A DNA stretch of 63,977 bases, filler included, from Choristocarpus tenellus KU-1152 (lineage: Eukaryota; Protista; Phaeophyceae), in the NCBI GenBank assembly GCA_964200185.2. It is 9 parts of 9 records of this genome, joined end to end, with 100 filler letters (N's around TTAATTAATTAA, not from the genome) between each part and the next. Parts side by side here need not be neighbours in the genome. Positions count along the whole stretch, not along the records: positions 36,303 to 42,033 come from CAXNAD020009891.1; positions 42,134 to 45,113 come from CAXNAD020023198.1; positions 45,214 to 63,977 come from CAXNAD020000520.1; 6 more parts are not named here. One strand, 5' to 3'. Positions 40,505 through 52,744 of the stretch are shown here, piece after piece; the first letter of the stretch is position 1, and the number at the start of each line of letters is the position of its first letter. Position numbers and translations under genes: made by a program. The notes beneath the pieces are model-generated. The model ran no database searches. It was not told the origin of the DNA and saw nothing but the letters and a program-made list of their open reading frames with translations.

Positions 40505-41664
40505 CCTCGAAGTGCTGTTTGGGTCACCTGTCCCAGCATAGTTTGCACCAAAAGTGACACCCTCTCGGGTGATCTCCGCCCTCTGCATGACCTTGCTGCT
40601 CCCCAGGGACCACTGGCCAATGCTCTTGGAGTCCCCAGTGCCTGAAGTACTGGCACCAAAGGTAACGCCCTCCCTGATGATGGTGGTCCGTTCCATGGTA
40701 CCATGGGAGCCGGACATCATCTTTGATATACCAGACTGGGCTTCTTTGATCTGCATATTTAATTTAACACAGAAACAAAGCACCAAGAAGCATACAACAG
40801 AGCAGTAAAAGACTATAAAATAGGACATTTAAAAGGAGCATAAAAATGGACTCAAAGAGTACAACAACACTACAGTCCAAGTATGTACACACACTATGTT
40901 CAACAGAGACATGCACAGGAAAAAACAAAATGAAAGACAAAGAGAGGAAAACAAAATATTAGTATTGTAATAATTTCAGGTGAAGGTGAAAGTCCCGAAA
41001 ATGTATTACTGTCCAGGCAGTAGTGGTGTTACCTTGTAGTAGGAACACCACTGTAATGTGAAAATACTCTCATGTATTATCTATTGCCTGATAAACTGCA
41101 ACTGGGCAGTATTTTGTTCAGGATGAATTTGGGGCTACTACTTTCTACACAACATTACTTGCTAATCTCCCAAAGGTGATCCCCCAGGACTTACACCATA
41201 TTTACACAAGCAATAGAACGAGGGGGTCGGCAGAAGGAGTAGGAAGGGATGGAGGGCGTGAACAAGAAACCATACTGCAAGGCTTTCCATACCTGTGCAC
41301 AGTCATTGGCGTATCTATGTGAATAGCCTCTCACAGGTCAGCACATAAATTATTAAGCAAAATCAGGGTGCTCAAGATCAACACCATCCTCCCTCTAATG
41401 CATCAATCCACCAGGTATGGCTCTTATCCACTGTAACCTACATCTCCAAACACATGTAAAGTGCCACACAAGCTCACTACATGAAGATGGGGTAGGGGGG
41501 AGGGTCAAAAGAATCCAAACAGAATCTTTCATTCAAAAAGCACGCACCTGTTGCCTTTGCTGTTCCTCGGTCCACTCACGCTTGTTGCCCTCACTTTGTT
41601 TGACCCCGAGGTGTGGGCCACCAAATTCTGGGCAAGTGCTTTGGATTGTTTGTCCAAGGGCAAG
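40505..41664 (-). CDS. Transgelin/calponin-like protein, internal exons 41664-41548 and 40750-40505
   Basis: LALGQTIQ..PEFGGPHLGVKQSEGNKREWTEEQ matches the transgelin/myophilin post-CH motif, followed by two GSxxxMxRxxIxREGVTFGAxxxGTGD repeats; phase-0 GT-AG junctions. Confidence 0.75.
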
Positions 41665-41999
41665 CTGCGTAACATTGAAAGAAGGCATCGCACGTAAGGG
41701 GAGGAGATGGGCATAAAAAAAAATCACATTAACATTATGAAGGTATACATTACACACTACCAAAACTGTAGTATAATTGGGTGATACAGGGCAAACAGAG
41801 AATGAAACCAATGAGAGAATTCCAGTTACTTAAGATTTTGGCAAATGCGCTCAGTTCAAACTGAGCAGAGGATGTGTGCGGCAAGAGGTATGGCGCAATG
41901 TATTGTCTTGTACATGATAAAGGCTGTCCCTTCTCATTTGCTCCCTACCTGGAAAGAAATATTTCTCCCCAACCTCTATCCCCCCCCCCCCCCCCCCCC

Positions 42000-42033
<34 letters not shown>

Positions 42034-42133
42034 NNNNNNNNNNNNNNNNNNNNNNNNNNNNNNNNNNNNNNNNNNNNTTAATTAATTAANNNNNNNNNNN
42101 NNNNNNNNNNNNNNNNNNNNNNNNNNNNNNNNN

Positions 42134-42207
42134 ACATTTTTCCTGATTTGTCCCAAATCAACACCCTGGTGTAGATCCCCCCCACCCCCCCCCAGGTACT
42201 TTTGGTC
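42134..42207 (-). mobile_element. MITE family B fragment at contig start
   Basis: caccctggtgtagatcccc...cccaggtactttt. Confidence 0.75.
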
Positions 42208-42939
42208 TGATCATACTCAGCAATGGGGAATCGTGTGAGGCTCCAATCTCACTTTTCTCTCTTCTTCTATACAGACACAAATAGCAGTCTAAATCTCCAC
42301 AGGTTATGAATACCTCCCAAGCTTAATTTTACAGATTGATCAGCGACTCAGTAGGATGTGAGACGGGCAATAATTGGATGATACTTGGCACTCTAGGAAA
42401 GCTGTACTTTAGAGAGGATTAATATATCCTCTGAATTAGGCTAGACGCAGACAGATTTTCAGAAGTAGGATAAGGATATATGGTTAGGCCTAGTAGAAGT
42501 TTGGCATATTTTTCTACTCTTCCTTATCCCTGCTACAGGATGATTTGAGGCGATTGATGATGTCTATTGTCTTCACCAGTAACAATCACTTGTACTAAAC
42601 GTTATTATATAGGATACATTCTTCTTTTGTTTTATTTTTGGATTTTCTTATTTTCTCCATTTTGCTATCCTGAAGTCCCAGCCCAAAAGAACAAGCACAT
42701 TTAGATTAGGCAGACACCATTTGAACAAGATCACATCCTATGACCTTGTGGATGGACTCTTATTAAAAGAATTGTGGAGATGAATCACATTTATGATTAA
42801 GGTGATCGGAACTAGGGTCCCATTCATTTTTAGGCCACGTTAGAGATGTATACTTTGCAATTTTTGAAGATGTCCTAGAAAGAGCAATTACATACTCAGA
42901 CTAGCCGAGATGCAAATTATATTCCGTGCCTCTTAGGAT

Positions 42940-43030
42940 AAATTATCCCAAGAAAACATGGATATGTGTTGATCGATTCCGGACTTAGTTGAAGTTACAT
43001 ATTCTTAACAAAAATATATACTCTGATTAG
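42940..43030 (+). pseudogene. Possible retropepsin (LTR-retrotransposon protease) relic
   Basis: GYVLIDSGLS*SYI resembles LxDSGAxxS(Y/F)I; short and stop-interrupted. Confidence 0.25.
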
Positions 43031-43765
43031 CTCAGACATTTATTGATTCTGACTGTGTCTTAAGACTTTTGAGGAAATATTCTCAAGAAGAAACTGGGAG
43101 ATATGTCAAATCATTGGTTGGAACTAACTGGAATTTGGAACCGAGGTCCCTGGGTTGGAGATAACTGACAAGTTGGAACTGGAGCCCCTCTTTTGTGTGA
43201 TGGCAACCAACTCATGCTGCTACAGCGTGATCTGAGGTGACAGGTAATATCTATTGTCTCAACCGGTGACAATTGCCAGTGGTAAGCGTGAAACATGTAT
43301 ACCTAGTTCACGCAGGGGGGCATGTTACAAGTGAATAGCGCGAGTATTTCTTCCCGCACTTTAACCAGCGTGAGCAATATACGCGCGTGGGGAACCCCAA
43401 AAGGGGGAACTCCGATTTTCCTAAAAGTTGCAGAATAAACTGTAACTCGGGTATTTTCAGAGGGTCACGAATGGATGATCAGAAAGGGTTCTCAGATATG
43501 TGCAAGTATTTGTAAACCCAAACAATCCTCCAACGGCAAATGATCATTAGAGTTCCTAAAAACGGCTCTAATCAGCTCAGTTCTTCTGACCTAACAAGAC
43601 CCTCATAACTCACTCTTATCTGATGCCAAACTTTATATTCACTTTTTATACTGACTGATTCATTTGACAGTACCCCTTTTCTGCTGAGCTGACGTTCGAT
43701 AATCTTTGAATTGGACTTGACTTGTAAATCCTGGAAAGGTGAGCATTGAAGGGCGCCTGTAACAG

Positions 43766-45020
43766 ATGATCACAAGTTCAGGAGGACTGGTTCTGGACAG
43801 GATGCCACCTCAATTGTCAGTGCCCTCACTCCACCAGGCCCATTCAGGAACAACTAATGAAGCACCAACGTCGCCTGCTCCAACATCAACTGTGGTTGTG
43901 ATTTCACGGCCAGGGTCCTCCCGAAGGCTGAAGTATGTGCTGGCCATTGCCAAGGGCTGCCCCCTTCTGCATCACTTTTGGGTAGAAGATAGTGTGGCGA
44001 GAGGGCAAGCAGTCTCCGCAAGGGCATATGTCCTACCTGGAGCCTGCGTTACTTCCACTGAGGGTGACAATATGGGCACTGGAATGCTTGGGCACGATCG
44101 AAGGGAGGGAGCAGTTGTGGCCATTGCAGAAGCAAACCCTGGGCCACATAAACCACTAAAAGGCATGTCAATTGGTGTGGTTCACTACCTTGAGGCCTGT
44201 AGGGAATAAATGAGTGTGCTGGAGGCTGGGGAGGCAGTCTCCGTGCAAGAGATTTCATATTCTGCTGGCTTAAGGTCAAGGGGTGTGACTCCTGTGAGTG
44301 GTCATGCTATTGGAAAGAATGTTACAGCATGCTCCAGAAGCTTACCTCCACGGAATGTGTATCTCCAATCTACAGACCTATAGATGATACCGATGCACAT
44401 ATAGAACTCCTGATGCACAAGTCGTCAAGTATGCTGGATCTCTAGCTTGGATTATCATCAATATCATTGTATAAAAAAGAACTGGTCATCGATGTCTTCT
44501 CACAATCGGGAACAATAATGACCAAATACTAAATAAATAGTCTAGAAGTACAAATATATCAAGACATATCGCCTGTAACAAGAGCACTTCTGTATGGGAT
44601 AGCAAGAAGCTTGCAGAGGTTATCCAGGGGCTGGACTGTTTGATTTGTGACTATCCAAGTATGTGAGGTTCCACTGGATACATGTCACCTTCGCCAGATC
44701 CGCAACAAGCACCAGTGGAGGAGGGTAACAGCGCTAGGTACAACAGAGGCCAGCAAATAGAAGAGGTGGCTGATGTAGGCTGGTCGAAATGCCAAGAAGG
44801 ATTCCGAGGTGAAGGGCAACCAATCACCCCCGAAATGAAGAGGCGGTCATCAACTGTAGGCAGTGCCTCTGTCTTGCCTAAGGACACGCTGTGCAGTTTC
44901 ATTTCCAGGGCCGTGGCAATTGCTAGGCGTGAAGAGGTACCTGCAGTATCCCTGGATTCGGCAGCACAGTGCCTTGCCCAAGGCGCCAGACTGAGCTTCA
45001 AATCTTGCAAGAGATTCACT
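43766..45020 (+). pseudogene. Tandem-BRCT (53BP1/Rad9-like C-terminus) gene with in-frame stops; exons ~43766-44274 and 44603-45020
   Basis: BRCT1: RRLKYVLAIAKGCPLLHHFWVEDSV. BRCT2: *MSVLEAG..LDCLICD..VPAVSLDSAAQCL. TAA at 44207-44209, TGA at 44664-44666, MITE at the 3' end. Confidence 0.7.
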
Positions 45021-45113
45021 GAGCCAAAGTATCTTAGAGGGTACAGCCGCATCCATTTGGGGGTCAAAGTCCAATGTTACAATTTTGATGTAATTTTGGC
45101 TATTGTGTGTGTT
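45021..45113 (+). mobile_element. MITE family A copy truncated by contig end
   Basis: GAGCCAAAGTATCTTAGAGGGTACAGCCGC... Confidence 0.88.
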
Positions 45114-45779
45114 NNNNNNNNNNNNNNNNNNNNNNNNNNNNNNNNNNNNNNNNNNNNTTAATTAATTAANNNNNNNNNNNNNNNNNNNNNNNNNNNNNNN
45201 NNNNNNNNNNNNNTTTTTCCTCCTTTCCTCTGTTTTTGCGGTGGTTCTCATGCCGTGCACGAGGGGCGGCTGCTTGGGGGTACAGCATGTACATAGCATG
45301 GCCTAGTTTTCAATGGTACACATGTAACACACATGCTGCTTTCTTTCCTGAAGGTACAAAAAATAACAAATAAACTCAATATAAATAAAAACACAACTCC
45401 ACACATCAAAAAAAATTACCTCTTTAATAGGCAGTATAAAACGAAATAGACAATAAAATAAAAACCACTTCCAGTAATAAAAAACAAAAACATGTAGTAA
45501 CCCCCACATTCATTACACATCAATATAATATACTTCAAACTATACAACAAATAGCAAACATTGTATGACATTATCTACTATAAAATAGCACAACTAACAA
45601 CAAACCAAACCCACAGGGGAGGAAACAGATCTCTCACAAACATAGATTGCCTGTTCAGATCCTCAACCAGATCTTCCACAAACCTCAATGGTACAGGACC
45701 AGGACCTTTACAACTCAACATTACACAGATTCCCAAGAAAACCCATCTAAAAAACATTTTTTTTTCAAATGAACCTCGC

Positions 45780-47166
45780 CTGTGTGACAATATTCCTGGT
45801 GTTGGCATGCTTCCAATCAGTGGTATCCTCCACACATAGGATCACATAGTCTTGGCATTGCATTTTCTGAATCACAAGCTGCTCTGCCTCCCTCGCAGCC
45901 TTCAAACATCAAACATCATTAAACATCAATCATTAAACATCAATCACTGAACATCAATCATTAAACACCCATCACTAAACATCAAACATCACCAAACATC
46001 AATAATGTGGTATTGAACAGGATTACAATTCACTCTGGAGGAATTGAGCCCTTTGTTAGTGCTCATTTCAACATGTCATTTCAACATGGCCATTTGTTAG
46101 TACCTGCCAAAACAAAGCGAACCAAAACTCTCTCGAGTTATGTATACACTAATCTATACACTAATCGAGGTTCAAGCGCTCCAAGGAGTAGCCCAAGGGG
46201 CATATACCCCAATAAACTTCCTCAATATCGGTGTCAGTAAAATGAACCAACAAATCTCCAATTCAAAGCAATATCAATTCCCAGCAGAGATCATATCTTC
46301 CCTTCCTTCCATAGGTATCTTACAACATATCTCACAACATACTCAAGACAAAAAAATAAAATACCGACAACACAAGGAAGCAATCTCCCAGGTATGAGAT
46401 GCCGAGAACATCCCGCCTAGAGGATGAACAAAATACCTGCAACGTGATGGAGTGATTTCCAAATGACCCTCACCAACTAAGAACGCTACCACTCTTACTC
46501 CCACTGCCTTCTAACACTCTCCTCGTACACACCATCAACATGCAGACACATCTCCAGCCCCAAAAGGTGAAAACACCAACACAATACACCCAACACAAAA
46601 CACTAACACAAGACAATCAGGACACAAACATCAGGGTTAGGGTTAGGGTTAAACACGCACAAACCCTAACCCTAACCCTAACCCCAACCCCTAGAGACTA
46701 CAGTTGAAACAGTTCTAAGCGTGCAGGCAATAAACAAAAAAACTCTTACAAACACCCATCAAGACACCCCGCCTAATTATCAACTCAAAACGCCTCCACA
46801 CGCATCGACAAAAAAAAAACCAACACAAGGGGCAAAAAACAGCACCTGATTGATAGCTCGCTGTTGAGGGTTAAGGTTCTTCCCCGAAGGAGCATGAATC
46901 AGTCCAGGGGTATCGATGAGGATCATGTTTGGGCAGAAGCGGTACTCCATTCTGATGTTTATCTCACGACTATCAAAGGACCTCATAGGGTCTCGTTCAA
47001 GGCGCTTGTTCTCTGACTCGATGTATGCCTGCACATCATAATCATAATCATAATCATAATCATAGTCATAGTCATAGTCATAATCACCGTCATAATTATC
47101 ATCATAATAATAAACATCATAATCAACATCATCAGCATCGACGTCATCATAATAATAAACATCAAT

Positions 47167-47198
<32 letters not shown>

Positions 47199-50100
47199 CA
47201 TCATCATAATCATCATAATAATAACAACAAAATGAAGTAAACTCAGACATCAGAAGAACAGTTAGGTACGTAGTTTCTCATGACATCATCTTTTGTTAGT
47301 TGTGGATGTGGGAAAGGACTCCAAAAGAGAAACCAAAACGGCAACAAAAGAAAATAACAAGTCACACTGTTCCATTGTAAATACAAGTCATATTGTACCA
47401 TTCTAAATAACAAGTCATACTAAACCATTGTAAAGGTGACTGCTGTAGGTGTGGGAGCCAACCACATATATTTCATTCACTGACCAACCATGTTCACATT
47501 TTACCCCCCAACACTTCAAACCTTTCACACCACACCACACAACACACAAAAGAGACACTGCCTTCGAAGGTGATGAACTGACAGTACTTCAACTGACAGT
47601 ACTTGGAAGGCAATATTGCTTACTTCAGGTAGGAATTTCCACGACAGGGTTGAGATTTGACCAGGGATAGGGCTGATCAATGGAACAAAACACCCCTCCC
47701 ACTAACAACATACAACCTGTGAGGCACTGTCAGCACAAAAATTAACAGTTTGAACCTCTGCTACTCTTACCCCATCTCGACCTTGACCCCCTACAAGAAA
47801 GTGCATATATTTATATTTAAATTTATATACTAATATTCTAATCGGAAGAGATTAAACTACTTTTTCTATAAAAAATTGAGAAAATTAATCTCTTTTTTTT
47901 TGCCCACAAGTGTTACTCCTGCGGAACAATTAGAGTTAATCAACGTTTTCTACACAACATCCACTGCATAATCTCCTCATCCAATCAGAGGCTTCGCTAT
48001 ATATAGCCTCTTGAAATACCTGACTGTCAGAAGGTTAATCAACTTCTTTTTAAAATAAATCTTAAAAAAAAACATAAAACAGCAGAAACCCCTAACCCTA
48101 ACCCTAACCCTAAACCCTAAACCCTAGGAGAGAAAACTGTACAAAAAAAATTAAACACATTTAAAACAGGTACTATCAATATCTTCTGGGACAAGCAGAA
48201 CAAATATGGGATAAAGTAAGGAGATAAATAGCTAAATTCAAAAACCTAGGACAGTAAACCAGCCCAGTCCACAGCCCACAGACATGACATTTCTGAAGAC
48301 CCTAACCCTAAGTCCAGCTAAGACATATATTACCAGGGCCAACTCACAGACCAGAGCTGTCAGTTCATCCTAGTTAGGATGGTCCTGTCCATAACGTTTC
48401 TAACCTTAATCAAGTCCAATCGGAAAAGGCAATCAATTATCACTTGTATTAATATATATACATGTATGAAATTACTACATAAAATCTCACAGTAACACGT
48501 TCCAAAAAAAAATTATGAGTTTGGTAAAAAAAAAACATAGAACCAATCTATTTCACAGTAACATGTTCAAAAACACAAACAGTTCATTTGATCCTGGGCA
48601 GTTAGTGTTTTGTTATTCCGCGCAGTAAGATTCCAGTATCACTTCCAAATAAAAAAAAAGACAAAATTTAAAGCAATCAGTGGGAATATTCTCATCAATT
48701 TTCTGTGAAAATACACCACATGAAAAATGAAAAAAGTGAGAAAGATACAAATAAGGAAAGTGGTTGAAGTTGTGTTAATGAATCAAAAACAAAAAATAAA
48801 AAGTGTTCTCACTTACGGAGAAATTTTCCCATGTTTCAAACTTCCCCTCACCATTCACCCCGGGGCTGCTCAGCCAGGGGTTCCAAAAAAAAAAACAGAA
48901 TATCAAGCAAAAGAGTTTTCACAACAAGATCATTTCCCCTGTCTTGAGATGTTAAAAAGAACAGTCAACAGCCTGAGAGCAAATTTTGCCGCCACTTCTA
49001 CCAGAAATCAGGATCAACAAGATTGAAAGATAGCAATGTTTTCCGAAAGAGGAATGCTGCCCTCTTGAACAGACACTCAAATCAGCAGCAATTTCCAAAA
49101 GCAACATGATGTCTAGTAGCCTTTCCTCAAAAAGGCTCCTGGGTATAGACTTACCCATTTGGACCTTCCACATGTGTCTATGTACACGTGCATTTTACTA
49201 TTGTACACCTACACCTACACATACACATACACACATCCCCTGTTTGCAATGAGTTGAAATTCTTCTAAGAAAAAAAACACAAAATACACGCGCGCGTGTG
49301 TGTGAGGTATTGGCTAACTCTTTTGAAATGCCAGCCTCTTGCACCCTAACCCTAAGAATTTTATCATCGATCATAGGAAGATAGGAACCACCATGCACTC
49401 AAAAAGTAGCATCGCCAAGCTAAATAGTTCACATATTCACGTATTCACATATTCACATATTCACAAACTTTAAGCAATGTTTGTCCCCTACTATTCTCAA
49501 AAGACTATTCTCAATCTTTTCCCGGTAAAACACGCATTGCTAGGTTCTCACTTCAAGTTATGCCACCACAAAGGTAACTGCACTGAATTGCTTTCGCTCT
49601 AAGAAGGTTGTCCCATTCGCTGTAACAGCTGTAACAGCCATCCCCAGAATCTTGCCACATTCACGATCTACGTAATAAACTCTTGCAACTCTCTCAGCTG
49701 TTCTCTCATTCAGAAATTTAACACTCCCACTCTCCTTGTGTTGTTCTTTCTATAAAAGAATGTGTAGTCCTTTTCCTTGGCATGTAACTGTAAGGGAGAA
49801 AGACTAGAAAATAGGCATAGCAATCAGAGAAGAACTTGACTCAAAATTGTCTCACCATTCTAACCACTCTCCCCTTCCACTCCAATCCAAATCTAGTTGT
49901 ATTGACCTCCCAAAAAGAAACAACCCCACTTCAATCCCTCCCTTCACTTCTTCCCTCGACCCTTTCCTTGTCCAACCTACATTGTGTCTATAAACTACAT
50001 GGGCTCCTGCACACCTGAATTTCTTGTAACGAGCGAGGCTCCTCCCTTCCATTTTCAAGAGACAGGTAGCAACGAGGCTGATCACAGTCTGGGTTGTACT

Positions 50101-51414
50101 GCATCCGGAGCGCTATTGGCCTCCGTGTCTTGGTACCCCCCCCAACCTGATTGAACTGGAAGCCCATCAGAGCCTCGATGAGGGCCGACTTGCCGCTTGT
50201 TTGGTGCCCCACCACGAGCACTGCTGGCGAATCAAATGGCTTGTGGAAGTCCTGAAAGAGGAGAGTTGATGTAGAAGAACTCGTTGAAACACAAGAGAGA
50301 TGGGGGGGTCGCTCAAGGCAAGGGTAGGAGTACATGAACGAGCGCATATATTTTTCAAGATGTGTGGAATCATGCGCAAGTTTGCATGTAAGTGGACATG
50401 TAATGCACGAGTAACTGGACATAAGGGCCGAAGGTGGAGGAAAACAGTGACTGTTGCATATGGGTCGATAGAAATCTCATGCTATTGCCCTTCTTTAAGC
50501 ACGCCTCTGCTGTAAAAACGTTGATACGATTGGGAGGGGGGGTGAGACAGATGGGTGGGAGAGGGGGCGATTCTGTAGCGACTGTTAACAAGAGGAGAGC
50601 AAAGCAGGCGAAGGATTTGAGCAGTACGTGAAGTCGACAATGCTTTAATGCAGGTCCAATAAATGGCGACATGAGATTGTTGCATGCGATACACCGTATG
50701 CCTTCCCCAAGCTTGTAGGGAAATGTTGGAGAAACACACCACTGACACTTTGTAGAGTAACATAAACACTCTAGTGCGAGGGACAAGAGTTCCAGTGGTA
50801 ACAAGGCACCTTTTAATGAAATTCCATTCAGAGGTCGGGATGATGCGCATATTACCATGTCAGTATCTTGGACAAAAAGGTCGGGCATGAACAATTTTTG
50901 AAAGGAAGATGTCATCAGCAACGGAGTTGTACTTAACACATGAACACACCCGTCGATAGGCACATTTGGGTAGATGCATCAAAGTGATACCTTCATCAAA
51001 CCAAATACATTTCAAGATCTGGGATAACGAAATGAAAGCTCCCCGACTTGAGGAAATACAAGCCACTTCCCCGCATATCCCCACTTTAAACTTATGCAAT
51101 GGTGCCGCCATCATAGGTGTTACAAGAAAATTCAAATGTTAGGCACTCGTCAATCACCACAATGTCCCAACCTGTGCAAGAGAATGGAGCATGTTGTACG
51201 CCTCGTACAGAGTCTCCCTCTGACTCTGCTTTGACGATACACCACTGTCATCGCCACCACCGGCGCCACCCCGGACACCTACGGGTCTCAAGCCCCCTCC
51301 CCCCGCACTTTCCCCAGTCCCGTTGCCAGAGGCAAAAGAGAGCGCGGATGCCATTAAAGCCCATAATCCGATCCTACAACGCGGTCTCCGCTTTGTTTCC
51401 ACCATAATGCCCAC
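45780..51414 (-). CDS. DRP5B: Plastid-division dynamin-related protein DRP5B/ARC5, 5' part; exons 51414-51172, 50251-50015, 47028-46846, 45899-45780
   Basis: LYEAYNMLHSLAQ/DFHKPFDSPAVLVVGHQTSGKSALIEALMGFQFNQVGGGTKTRRPI/AYIESENKRLE..IDTPGLI/ILCVEDTTDW are ARC5/DRP5B-specific motifs; phase-0 junctions. Confidence 0.95.
45905..46002. repeat. Degenerate AAACATC(A)-type minisatellite at a DRP5B intron end
   Basis: Repeated aaacatcaatcatt units. Confidence 0.8.
46633..46692. repeat. Interstitial telomere-like repeats, (TTAGGG)n facing (CCCTAA)n; more at 48088-48125
   Basis: agggttagggttagggtt ... aaccctaaccctaaccctaacccc. Confidence 0.8.
47034..47230. repeat. (ATC/ATA)n compound microsatellite abutting the DRP5B exon 3 acceptor
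   Basis: Seen directly; it explains the spurious D/Y-, M/I- and H/N-rich ORFs. Confidence 0.92.
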
Positions 51415-52744
51415 AGGAATGAAAGGCGTTGGTCGGCAACACCTCCTACTCCAATTTTGTTGTCATGAGCCACCCAAGTCCACTGCACCCCAGCCGGGGC
51501 AGTGCCCCGTCGAATTCGCACTCCGCCCTACGCCTCGGGTGTAATAAAACCAGTCCCTCTGAAAGTCACCCTCCTATGTAGGTAGCCCACAGCGTTCTCT
51601 CTTTCCGATATTCCTTGTTCTCGTTTGGAGGCCGTTGACACTAATAACTCAAGGTGGTGTAGAGGTCGATATCGGGAAAAGGAAAAATGGATTTGTAACC
51701 TTTTGCAACTCAAGTAAACTGTGTGATATTGGTTCATTATTTTTTAATAGTTACGATATATTATCACAACTAATCTGTTAAAGAGAGAGTTGTTTGATAT
51801 TTTTTTGTGACTATGAAAAGAACTATCCACCTTAAATATAATTGAAACTCCTTGGTATATTATCCCATAAAGATGATCAACTCATGAGATTGAAATAAAA
51901 TAGATAGTGGTGTTACCAAATCAAAATTCGAAAAAGTGGAAGTTCGTTTTTCTCGTCTTTCATGAAATTATTATGCCCCTTCACATCTTTTTCACATACT
52001 CAAACTATATCGTCTAGCGGTAAGTATTGCGTTCTTGTACCGTTTCATGAAATGGAACCAAATCAAGTTCATTCATTTCCCCACTATGACGTATAATGAC
52101 ATCTTGTTGCGTTGTCAATAAATGAAGTATCCATGCCCTGAATTCAATGTTGAAGTAATGAGCAACAAATGTGTGTGTGTGGGTGATGGTAAAATCTATT
52201 ATAGTTTAGACTTAGTTTTTGATGCTGAATATTCTCCCTCTCCTCTTTTCCCCAAATCCCCACCACATTTTATCCAGTCACACCGCCCCACTGTTAATTT
52301 ACTACAAAACCTTCTCCAGGACACATACCGGAGCTTCCCCTCCTCATTCCCCACTGGCGTAGCATCCGTGCTGGAATATGAGAGTTATTACATGGTAACT
52401 CAGTCGTACATGCAATGTGCAAGTACGAGCGTTTGTCAAAGGATTGCGTAGGATCCAACCTACTCCACCTTCACATTTAGCATGCATGATATGGAGCAAC
52501 GCCTCAGCCACCTCTTCGTAGCCACATATGGACCATATGACATCCCACCTAACCTGTGCTTAAAAAGAGGGTGTGGACGGCGGTATTGAAGTCCCTAAAG
52601 TAGGATGGTTTTCAAGTTTTAGGGTGTCAAAAATTAGGAAGAGGTGTTCGGCTCGAAGGATGTGCTGTTTGGTGCTCGACCACATGAGGCTTCGATAACA
52701 CAATGGGTTCTATGAGCTTGTGAGTAACACAACTGATTGTCACA

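Noticed and set aside
44664-44666. In-frame TGA as selenocysteine
   Set aside because: The same gene also has an in-frame TAA and a lost conserved Trp, and no SECIS is evident; pseudogenisation is simpler
46983-47240. His/Asn-, Met/Ile- and Asp/Tyr-rich ORFs
   Set aside because: Translations of an intronic trinucleotide microsatellite
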